Assembly: GCA_964016885.1 (NCBI GenBank)
Contig: OZ024743.1
Coordinates: 273,420,001-273,484,000, forward strand
Source: Eledone cirrhosa
Taxonomy: Eukaryota
Direction of reading: 5' to 3'
DNA length: 64,000 nucleotides
Part shown: in pieces, positions 41,931-53,560 of the stretch
How the letters are laid out: the number at the start of each line of letters is the position of its first letter
How positions within the stretch are numbered: position 1 is the stretch's first letter
The notes under the pieces: generated by a model
The model's input: only the letters and a program-made list of their open reading frames with translations
What the model was told of the DNA's origin: nothing
The model's database searches: none
Position numbers and translations under genes: made by a program

Positions 41931-43078
41931 TATATTTAGTTTGATTTATATTTTTATGAGAACTAGCCGATAAATCTTTTGATTCCTAAATCTTTGATTC
42001 CCTCTTTTTACTCTTTTTATTGTTTATTTTATTTTATTTATTTTTATTTTTATCTAAACATTCCTCATGAAAAATTAAGCTACCCTAAAAGCCGATGCTC
42101 CAAATTTTTTGAATTAACCTTACACTAGATAAACTTATATATTAAATATAGGAACATGTGTAGACATTATTGGACATCATAATCTTTTTTTGCGATATTC
42201 CTTGCTAGATGTGATTTGATAGATAATTTTTGGCTTTGTCTTGTAATGAACTTGGCAATATATTGTCAATTAACTTTGAAGGGTTGTTCTTTGTGGTTTA
42301 TTTTTATTTTTATTTTTATTTTTATTTTTATTTTTATTTTTATTCTTTTAGTATTGTAGTATTCTATAATATTTTTATTTTTTATTTTTTATTTTATTTT
42401 ATTTTATTTTTATTTTTAATACTTTTATATGTAAATTTTTATTTTTAATATTTTTATATGTAAATTTTTATTTTTAATATTTTTATATGTAAATTTTTAA
42501 TACGTAATATTTTTAATACGTAGTATTTTTAATATGCAATATTTTTATTATGTAATATTCTTTCGTAATATTTTTTTAGTTTTCTATTCTATATTTTTAT
42601 ATATTTTTTTACTTATTATCATTATTATTGTTATCTTTGTTTATAATATAATATATATTTTCGATTAGTATATTGAAATCTGCTCTCTATTTCTGCTTGA
42701 TAGATAATCTTGTAGAGTAATCGCAAGAATAATAATACGCTCAAATTTTTATACCACATTGAGAATGTTTTCCGGTAACTTAGAATTTGCGGAGTGAATC
42801 AGTTGGATTCACATTGATGTTTGTAGCTGTCACATAGACATATGAATTTTTAAAAAACTAAACATAAGATAATGAATTTTCACGCATTGTGAATACTTGT
42901 TTCATTCAGGAATACTGATATTTACAATATAGTGTAAGTTTTATAAATACTAATACATTAAAACATAGGGTTTTCTACGCCTCGAATATGTCTGGCTATT
43001 TTTAAATTTTTTAAATTTTTTCTCTCTCTATATCTCTCTATATCTCTCTATATATCTCCCTTACATTAATACTTGAGC

Positions 43079-43109
<31 letters not shown>

Positions 43110-43481
43110 ATGCATCATTGATACACTTACTCAAAATGACCTCCCACTACCTAATTTTCTATATATATATATGTATCTATCTCTATTTCCTCTCTCTCTA
43201 TATATATATATATCTTTCTGTCTCTTTACATGAAGCTCTTCGCTTTATCTATTTTTCCATCTCTCTATTTTGTCCCATGCATTTCTTCTTTTTCTTTTTC
43301 TTTTTCTTCTTCTTCTTTTTCTTCCTTTTCTTCGTTTTGTCTTTCTTTCTTTCTTATTTCCCTCTTTTCTCTCTCTCTTTCTTTCTCTCTGTATTTTCAC
43401 TGCTAGCGTAAACCTCTTCAAATGAAGTTGATGTTTATTACGGTATGTCGAATATATTTATCTATAAAACTGTTTATATTG

Positions 43482-43547
43482 TATTTTGTCTGATGAAGGC
43501 ATAGCATATTGTTAATATGATATCCCCGAAATATATATAATGAAATA
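43482..43547 (+). ncRNA. Minimal type I hammerhead ribozyme in the PLE pLTR, predicted cleavage after 43539 (AUA)
   Basis: Stem I tattttgt/atgaaata; CTGATGA; stem II aggcatagcatatt-gtt-aatatgatatcccc; GAAA; t-[atat]-a TA. Confidence 0.8.
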
Positions 43548-43584
43548 AATATGGTTTTATAAATATAGTTTTCCATTTATTTAA

Positions 43585-43669
<85 letters not shown>

Positions 43670-43699
43670 TAAATGTATATATATATATATACATATATG

Positions 43700-43745
<46 letters not shown>

Positions 43746-45099
43746 TACTTATATATATATATACATAAATGGTCACAAAAATGGTCATATAATTTAGATA
43801 ATGCATATAAAACAGAATTTTGCAGTTCTTCTGCTTTTTAAAAGTAGAGTTGAGATGGAGGGTCTGTGGTTTTTCTGACATCTGGTTGGTCTCTGAATGT
43901 TGCTTGTTTTATATGGAAAAAGTGGCTCGAAATGCCAGGTTTTTCGAGAAGTAATTTGAATGGTTGGTCAATAATTATAATAAATTTCGCGCCAGTTCGC
44001 GTTACAAAGTTCTACAAACAAGGGGGGGGGTTACAGGTTGTTTTTTCATATGAGTGTTTGAATTTCTTTTTACTTAAAAAAAGGGGGCTCACGAAGGCTT
44101 TTTTTTATAAACGTAATTTGATTGGTTATCACTGAAATTATGGTTGTCACGTGAACATGTTTTCATTAAATTTTCGTGCCCGTATTTGGAAATCCATTCT
44201 GTAGCCTTTTTAAGGAATTGTATGACAAGTAAAAGATAACGGTCAAGAGAAATTGGATGGGAGAATTGTTCTGGTTCAGTGAATATGGTTAGTTCTCTGG
44301 GGTGTCAGAATTCAGATTTTCTATTGAATAAAGAATGTAAAGATATGTATGTTCATTTGTGTGCTTGTGTGTGTGTGTTGAGTGTGTGTGTTTGAATTTC
44401 TTTTTACTTAAAAAAAGGGGCTCACGAAGGCTTTTTTTAAATAAACGTAATTTGATTGGTTATAAATGAAATTATGGCTGTCACGTGAACAAGTTTTCAT
44501 TAAATGTCCGCGCCCTTATTTGGAAATCTATTCTGTAGCCTTTTTAGAGATTTTTTTTGACAAGCAAAAGATAATGGTCAAGAGAAATGGGATGGGTGAA
44601 TTGTTCTGGTTCAGTGAATATGGTTAGTTCGCTGGGTGTCAGAATTCAGATTTTCTATTGAAGTAAAGTAAGTAAAGATGTGTATGTTTATTTGTGTGCT
44701 TGTGTGTGTGTGTGTGTGTGTATTGGAAGATGATTCTATTAGTAGAAATGGGGGAGGGAGTTGTGTGTGTGTATATATGGGTGTTATGTGAGTGTATGTG
44801 GGTGTGGGGGTTGTTATGTGTGCGTATGGGTGTTATGTGTGTGGGAGTATGGTTAGCATGTTAAGATGAAGGGAATATATATATATAGTGTGTGTGTGTA
44901 GGAAAATCATTCCTTTAGTAGGAATATTTTTGAATGAACATATTTTCCTTACTTATTCGTATTTGTTCTGTTGTATTGTCAGTGCAAATGTATGTTAATG
45001 TTTATTTAGTTCGGCTTTTTATTTTCTAAAGTAGAAGGTGTTATGTGTGTATGTGTCTGTTTGGATGGTTAGCATGTTATGGTGTTGACATAATATATA

Positions 45100-47270
45100 T
45101 TAAACCATATTTAATGCTGGTCTATATTTTTGAATAAACATATTTTCATTATTTATTCGTATTTGTTCTGTTGTATTGTTAGCGCAAAGGTAAACTAGGA
45201 AGACTTTGAATTTGGGTGTCTTATTACTTGCGCATATGTCTAGATGTGCACTTAGTGGTATCTGTCTCGTGGTTGGATCTCGTAATTGTTGGCGATGAAC
45301 TGTCATTCTGTTTCTGAGTGTGAGTTTAGTTTGTCCTATATAATCTTTATTGCATCCTTTACATTTAATGGCATAAAGTAGATTTTTTTATGAGCAAGTG
45401 AAGTGATTTTTTTACAGTAAAATGTTGTCCTGATTTAAATGTATACGTGTTGCCTTCAATGAGGTGAGTGCAGGTTCCACAATTAGAGCGACCAAATTTT
45501 TTGACACTTAGTTGTGGGTTTGTGGTAGGTAATTTGGCATTGGTGAGTAATGTTTTCAGTGATTTCGGTTGTCTTTTGCTTTTGATTATTTTGTGTGTTT
45601 CAAGGGCTTTTTTCATTCTTGGGTTTTGTTTTAGTAATGGGATGTTTTTGTGAATAGTGCTGTAAGCTTCCGCATTTCTTGGGTTGTGTGTTGAGATATA
45701 TGATAGAATATTGGACGTACCTTGAATTTGTTTCTGTTTTCGTAATTCATCAATGCCTATTGCTTTATCCCTTTCTATTCCATTATTTATTAGTAATAGT
45801 GGGTACTCTCTTTCGAGTAGAATTTCCTTTAATTCTTGAAGTCTTTTATTTCGCGTTTCATAATTGGAGACAATTGTGCAAATTCTTCTTGCTGGCTTAA
45901 AAGGAATGTTCGTCTTCGTATGCTTTGGATGGTTGGAGGTGAATAGCAGGTATTGTTTGGAATCTGTTGGTTTGTAGTGTATGTCAGTTTCAATATTTGT
46001 GTCTTTTTTTAAGAATAAGATGTCCAGAAATGGGAGTTGATCTTGGCTGTATTCCATTGTGAATTGGATGTGATTATTGATGTCGTTTATTAAGTTATTG
46101 AAATCCTTCAGTTGGTCGAGTGTGTGGGACCAAAGAATGAGACAATCATCCGAGTAGCGTTTCCAATTCTCTGATAAATATTTGTGGAAGTTCAATCCGT
46201 ATTTTGATTTGGACTGTTCATATATCTGGACTTCTAAGTATACCATGACTAAGTTGGCATAAGTTGGAGCGGCTTTTGTACCCATCGCAGTCCCCGATAT
46301 TTGCTTGTAAGTACTGCCATCGAAATCAAAAAAGTTGTTCTGTAAGATGAATTTTAATCCCTCGGTGATGAAGCTTTTTTCTATTCTGTCAGATGTCTCA
46401 TTGGGATATTTCTCTAGCCAGAATCCTATTGCTTCTAGTCCGTATTGGTGTGGGATCGTTGTGTAGAGATTCACTACATCGAAAGACACAATAATAGTGG
46501 CGTTGTTGACATGTTTGGGGAGGTGGTTTAAGAGGTCCAGATCGTCTCTTACAAGGCTTGGTATGTGTTTGAAAATTGGTTTTAGTAGTATGTCTATAAA
46601 GTTGCTCAGTCTGTGTGTTTCACATTGTGGGCCCGCTACAATTGGTCTTAATTTAAAGTATGTGGGGTATTGTGAGTTCACGCAGGCTGAGGTGGATTGT
46701 TTACAGGCATCGTTAATTAGTTTACACTTGTGGATCTTCGGAAGTCCGTAAAGGTTGCTGGTTTTGTATTCAAAATGTGTTAAATAATCGCGTTCCTTTT
46801 TAGTTAGGTCTTCCTGGTATCGATAAATCAGTGTGTTTAATCTGGTCATTGTTTTTGATTGCTGGTAGTTTTTTACTCTTTCATAGTAATTAGTATTTTG
46901 TAAGAGAGAGAACACAGAATTTTTATATTTTTCAGCCTCAATAATGACAACAGTACTTCCCTTGTCCGCTTCCTTAATTATAATGTCCGTATTGTTTTTT
47001 AGTTCCTGGATAATCTCCCATTCCCTTCGACTCGTGTTGGTTTGGGTTTAGGTTGCGGTAGTATGGGAAGGTAGCTATGTGGTCACAAAATTTGTCCAGA
47101 ACTCTGTTTCTACCTTTTGTTGGGTTGTAGCTGCTTTTATTCCGTACAATTGATTCGTCGTTATTCTCCTTGTCAAAGAATTCTTCTGTGAGAGTTAATT
47201 TTCTACAGAAGTGTGAGATATCATCATTTATCTCATTGGGGTTAGAGTATTGTGGTGTTGGTGTGAATTC
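45100..47270 (-). pseudogene. Neptune-type PLE RT plus GIY-YIG, few frameshifts (516-aa open segment 46915-45365)
   Basis: FTPTP, ADKGS.VVI, LYGLPKIHK, LRPIV, SFDVVNLYTTIP, GTAMGT.AAPTYANL, WKRYSDD, LPFLDI, YKPTD..QYL..S.HP, RRIC, GRSNCGTC.H, YIGQT..R..HRQQ, E..FI.KY.P.LN. Confidence 0.92.
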
Positions 47271-47685
47271 CAATTTCTCTTGACCATTATCTTTTACTTG
47301 TCATAAAATTCACTAGAAAGGCTACAGAATGGAGTTCCAAATAAGAGCGCGAAAATTTAATGTAAACATGTGCACTTGACAACCATAATTTCATTTATAG
47401 CCAATCAAATTACGTTTATTAAAAAAAAGCCGTCGTGAGCCCCCTTGTTTAAGTAAAAAGAAATTCAAACACTCATATATGAAAAAAACAACCTGTGACA
47501 CCCCCCCCCCCTCGTTTGAAGAACTTTGTAACGCGAACTGGCGCGAAATTTATTATAATTATTGACCAACCAATCAAATTACTTCTCGAAAAATCTGGCA
47601 TTTCGAGCCACTTTTTCCATATAAAACAAGTAACGTTCAGAGACCTACCAGATCTGAGAAAAACCACAGACCCTCCATCTCAACT

Positions 47686-47728
47686 CTACTTTTTTGAAAA
47701 GCAGAAGAACTGCGAAACCGGTAAAGGA
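47686..47728 (+). ncRNA. Minimal hammerhead with a U3-A8 variant core
   Basis: tactt(ttt) TTGAAAA gcag-aagaa-ctgc GAAA ccgg TA aagg; homologous decayed copies at 43815-43847 and 57120-57156 (both minus) give consensus stem I tactt/aagta. Confidence 0.6.
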
Positions 47729-47864
47729 ACCAAATAAATATATATATTTAAAAAAAAATAAGACTCCAGTTGCATTTTCGATTTCCTCTTTTTTTCTTTA
47801 TACTTTTCACTCGTGTAGGACACCTCGGTTATTTTTCATTTTGTAAAAAAAACCTCACTTTCTA

Positions 47865-47905
<41 letters not shown>

Positions 47906-47952
47906 CTTATACAAAACATAAAACAATCACATTTTTGCTTAAACCATTTAAT

Positions 47953-47999
47953 TGCTGACGATCGTCTCTTCCAGACAACTGTTTAGAATCATCGGAGCA
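47953..47999 (-). ncRNA. Degenerate minimal hammerhead in a solo PLE pLTR (about 47905-48345)
   Basis: tgct CCGATGA ttctaaac-agtt-gtctggaa GAGA c-gatc-g TC agca; two core substitutions. Confidence 0.55.
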
Positions 48000-48344
48000 T
48001 ACACAATGTTTCAACAAGTAATTACATTCTATTATTTAGAAGATTCATTAAGCTACATTATTATAAACAATGTCTGTGACATCATATTGAAAAGCAAGTG
48101 TAACATAATGATATTACAGTGAAAAGATAGTAAAATATTGGGAGATGTTATAAATAGGGTATTACTAAAATATTAAGCATATTACACAGAAAGTTAATAA
48201 TAGTATGCAAAATGATAGCAAGCAAATACATGATATTAGAGTAAAAGAATATCTAAGTATTGAAAGGTATTAAAATAAGGGTATAAATAAAAGTTAATAT
48301 ATGAAGCATAATACACAGAATATATATATATATATATGTAAATA

Positions 48345-48579
48345 TATATCAACTAGAAATTGATGACATATATATATATATATATATATCTAAAATAAAC
48401 ACATGAAACAATCACAGGGGATAATTTGTAAGGTGTGTAATATTTGAAGCTCCAGTTAAACTTTAATTAGTTACCTACCTAGCTATGTGTGATTACACAC
48501 TTTACAAATTATCCCCTGTGATTGTTTCATGCGTTTATTTTAAATATATATATATGTCAATCAATTTCTAGTTGATATA
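48345..48579. repeat. Inverted repeat with arms of about 90 bp (48345-48441 and 48492-48579) and a 50-bp spacer
   Basis: taaaataaacacatgaaacaatcacaggggataatttgtaaggtgtgtaat and its near-exact reverse complement. Confidence 0.9.
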
Positions 48580-49668
48580 AAATGCTCGGATCTATTCATT
48601 GGAATCTTTGAGCTGATTCTACGGTGGATATGGTGCATGTCTCGGACATGACTCCCTTAATTTAATTTAATTAAATTTATTTCGGATATATATAAATATA
48701 TACGCATTTTCAAATATATATATATATATATATATATACAGATATACAGTATGCAAGAATACTATAAATATAAACTTTGAATCATGACATATTGTATAGG
48801 ACACTGAAATATATACAAATTCTTGACTATATTATGAAGAACCATATGTTACTTTAAATTATTTTAAAATGCATTTAAGCTGCGTGCATTTGTTCTCACG
48901 TTCATGCATCCATACGAAATCCTTATGAATTAAATAAGTTTTCTAACACATATCAAGCTATATGCTGTTTAATTTCTTAAATCCTGAATCTGATTTTATT
49001 AACATGATTTATTTAACAAACAATCTTAATCAGTAAATAACAATTTAAATACCAGGAAACAATGGAAATAAGTCTCTTTAAAACAATGTATTGAACTATT
49101 TTAATTACAAAAGCTACATTGTTCTAACATAAAGAAATTTCTTCGTCATATATCTTTTTATTCTGAGCTAATATTATAATTTATTTACTTTTAATATTTT
49201 CGTGTAGTTATTGTCTGTTTGCTTCGCTGTTTCATATAAAACATACTTTGTATCGAGCATGTTGATTTGACCAGTGTACAATTTCCGTGTGAGATTTGAA
49301 TCTGACGTTACACAAACAGATAGAACCAAAGGTTTAATACACAAGCTTTGAATCACTTTCAGCTGAATGAGTCTTCACACGAAACAATGCCCTTTGTGGT
49401 AAACAATGAATTTCAACAGCCTCCGAAGCAAATTGAACATTAAAAATGTAATATAAAATGATAAAACCAATTGAATATATATACAGCTGCTTAATGATTT
49501 ATTTTTGCGTTAAAAATAAAACAAGCAATTACAAAGTGTGTTGTAATTCAGTGAGATAAAAGGATGTAGCTTATCACATAGATTATACGCTAACACGATC
49601 TTATTTTTAATAATTTCATTAATTTTATAAAATGTTGCTATATAAATACCTGACATTCACCAAATATG

Positions 49669-49741
<73 letters not shown>

Positions 49742-49856
49742 GTATATGTGTGTAGATATTTATTTATTTATTAAAATAACATTTAAATTAAAGCAAAGAA
49801 TCGCTGCTTTCACCTTTAACGGGATCTTCCGAAGCTCTTTTTTTAAGTCTTATTAT

Positions 49857-49891
<35 letters not shown>

Positions 49892-50229
49892 TACATACTG
49901 CTGTCATCAAACCATACAATATAATGTATAGCCATTTCGTTGGAAAAAATATTTAGGGAAACCTAGAACACATTGACGCCATTTATATTGGTTTTCGCAT
50001 TTCTAATTCGAAAGCAGGTCTTTAGAATTCCACAGAAGTGAACATACGGTAGGACGTAGCTATTGAAGCAATGGAGACCTCAGCTACTACGGCGATAACC
50101 ATAAACCAATCCCATATCTGTCAATACATCGCCACATTAAATATCAATGTTGTTATATTTTCATTCTGTAAGAAATATAGATAATTTGCAACGTTATTCA
50201 TACAACAATGAAGAAAATGTCTATTCATG

Positions 50230-50700
50230 CTGACCATACCTAGCTAGACAAATCAATTACTCTTGCAAAAATCCCCCACAAAGAAATAACTTCATCCCCG
50301 GCCAAAGCAGTAACACCAAGAACAGAAGCAGCTACAACAACCAAATGAGGAGCAAAAATAGCAACAAGGCTTCTAGCCGCAACTCCCAAACCAGTAGTTA
50401 CCTTATCAGGAAAAGCAGCCACGAGACTGATGATACAACTAAAACAAATATCCCCAAAGACAACGACAATAGCAGAGGAAGAAACAACATAAATATTAAC
50501 AAGAAACTGGCGTTCGAGGAACAAAACATCAATGCATAAACTCAAAAATATTCTAGCACAGAATGCAAGGAGGTTAGATGAGGTTGCAGTGGTTCCAACA
50601 GTCAACCAAACAACATCACCATTGACAAGGCCAACAGCACTAATATCCACAAAACCTATAACAGCACCTCTAACATCACCATAAGAAAAAACCGTCACAT
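50230..50700 (+). pseudogene. Decayed Thr/Pro/Ala/Lys-rich coding remnant, possibly a LINE ORF1 low-complexity region
   Basis: NCA codon periodicity (..PAKAVTPRTEAATTTK*..TSPLTRPTALISTKPITAPLTSP*) with in-frame stops; composition similar to the Tx1 ORF1 at 12-13 kb. Confidence 0.3.
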
Positions 50701-52744
50701 ACATAAAAAAAGATAAATATATAATTGATTACGTAGACGAATAGAATATGAACCCCTTTATAACACAATTCTAACCATTTACAGCATAGAGGTACCTTCT
50801 ATGCTACAAATAGTGGCTGCATTATATCTTTCTCAAAGTAATAGACATAGTACCGAGATATAGATATTCCTTGGCAGTATGACTTTTCATCGGTTGAGTA
50901 ATTCTGGCCCATTCCTGAGCGTCTGTGTCATTCTGTGATCCACATTTCTCTAAGCAGCCCAATGCGCAGGTACATATAAATATAGTGTCTTGAAGACTCC
51001 ATGCATTGCTTTCTCTCCTACTTTCCATGCTATCGTTTCCTTGTCGTCAATTGTTATATCTATTTCACGGCATCTTTACTTTCTGACACGTACTAATAAA
51101 GCGTTCCTCTATTGCAAATGTGTGTAAGTGTTGCTCTTATTATTAAAATTACTATATTATTATTATGTTTGCTTGTTTCTTTGTCTGTTCTTAAATGATT
51201 TACATTGTATCCTCATGAATAGAAGAGAACAAATCAGAATTCGATAATACATTCAGGAAAACGTGTGTATTATTTCCAAAAAAGCAAATACAAGATGGAT
51301 ATAGTTCTTAAAATATTATTTGTAAATGTCAATAAATAAGCCAATACCAATTTTGATGTCATAACATTTAAACAGTGAAAAGAATCATTACTGTAAAATG
51401 TATGTTTCATAACCTATTTGCCCTTGCTCTGATAAAGATCAGATAACTATCGGTGTAATTACTTGGAATAACATTTTGTTGTTTAATAGTTTTGAAGTAT
51501 TGATTGTTTCTTTTCTTTTTTTTTTTCTTTTTGACTAAGTCATTAGGTTTCACAAATCTATAATCGAAGTAATATGCTTTTCACAAAGGAAAAAATCGTT
51601 ATTCAGTTTTGGGGAAATTGGTCAACCATTTCCTATAAGCACTACATTTCCTATATGACTACATTCTCTAGTGCATGTTCCTTACCTTACCTTAGTAGGT
51701 TGTAATTATGGGGTAATTGTTTTCTATTTATAGTAGCTTAAGCGATGACGTAGATGCTACCAAGCTTTAGGGGATTATTTTGTTTATGTTATCAACAGAA
51801 CAAATGATTTATTTCAAGTCGAAGACGGATCTGCTACGTGGATGTTTAAGAGAAAGCACGCAACATCACAGACGAAGTACATGGAATAGATAATCAATTA
51901 GATAATTGGTTCATTAAATAGATAGTCCATATTTGGCTCAAACATGGTAATATTATCGAGGACTGAGTATCCTCTTCGTTACACATATTCCATTTGTGTA
52001 CCTTTTAGGTCTGCTTTATTTCACATATTCTGTTTTTTATAATTATATTGTATATTTACACTCAATAATATACTATAGTAATCTAGAATGAGTTTGATCA
52101 CAGTTTATTCAGGCCCTGACATGTGATAAAACCCTGTGACAATGTTCGGTCCAGAAATGTGATTGATCATGATTCTATTCAGGGTGACCTCTGTTCAAAA
52201 GCCGGCTTTTTTTACAGAGAAATTTACCTCTTTGTTGGCCACGTCTTAGATCAGTTAGGATAAGGCAAACCTACGATCGTTGGGAACATACTCCACTTCC
52301 ATGACTTTGTTGAATTAAAACATCTGTTCCAGTTTCGGAATCAATATTTCAGTGTTTGAATGGTCTTTCCAAGAATATCTCTTCATATTAGTGAACTCTA
52401 TGTCACTGAACTCCCATTTTGTAATATGGTAGAGTGTAATTCGACAGAAGCTGGCCGTTAAATCTATAAAACATAATAAACAAATGATGGAATGCCTCGT
52501 TGGTTCATTAGCTAATACATTCATCTGCGTGATGAAGCAATATGCGAATATCTATGCGCTCTTGAAACAGCTACAATAGAAGATAAATCGTCCTAAACAC
52601 GAACGTTGAAAAATGTAATGCAGTATTAAACATGTCACAAAGAGGTGGATGATCACGTATTAAATACCTGATCACCGATAATTGGAGGATAAACAACAGC
52701 CTCTGCAATATATGTTAAATAAAAACATGTCTGTCTCCGTTTGG

Positions 52745-53245
<501 letters not shown>

Positions 53246-53246
53246 A

Positions 53247-53560
53247 GGTAAGGGTAAAGACCCCCTTAAGTCCGGGATGACCATGGGATTTCCAACAATA
53301 AAGTTACCCCCCAGGGCACAAGTCCGGGCAATGTCGTTTGTGAAAGACCAGCTGTCGTCCATGCATACCAGCCTCCCCTCTCCACGACCCTGGTGTCGTC
53401 CAAGGGAAAGTCAATGGCCGATGCAGCTCAGCACTAATAACGTTGCAACTCATTTCTACAGCTGAGTAAACTGGATCAACATGAAATGTATATTGCTCAA
53501 GGGCACAACACGTCACCCGGTCTGAGAATTGAACTCACAACCTCACCATTGTTCTAACCA
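53247..53560 (-). mobile_element. tRNA-derived CORE-type SINE (family B)
   Basis: Minus strand has B-box-like gagttcaattc, CORE-like gttgtgcccttgagcaa...cagtttactcagctgtagaaatg and a ctttacccttacc tail; weaker relatives near 770-900 and 37310-37440. Confidence 0.7.

Larger units (their letters stand above)
38320..43586. mobile_element. Young Naiad-type PLE as two head-to-head 5'-truncated copies, forming a 5.2-kb palindrome
   Basis: Arms 38408-40908 and 41049-43586 are near-identical inverted repeats with a 140-bp spacer; the left copy has an extra tail of about 88 bp; (TA)n on both sides. Confidence 0.95.
43820..47865 (-). mobile_element. Neptune-type PLE, 5'-truncated, with an inverted pLTR copy (43822-44255 vs 47271-47712, tail to about 47865)
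   Basis: Minus-strand RT-EN ORF; inverted repeat of about 440 bp; (TA)n flanks; tandem duplication of about 340 bp in the 3' UTR. Confidence 0.9.

Noticed and set aside
38408-43586. Palindrome as an assembly or fold-back chimera
   Set aside because: The arms differ by substitutions and repeat counts, stop at the element's 3' end with different flanks, and smaller insertions show the same plan. A read check is still advisable.
43528-43586. Idea that hammerhead cleavage leaves a UAUAUAUA 3' end that primes directly on (TA)n
   Set aside because: Both copies extend 47 and about 135 nt beyond the cleavage site, and other TA-associated families have non-AU loops.
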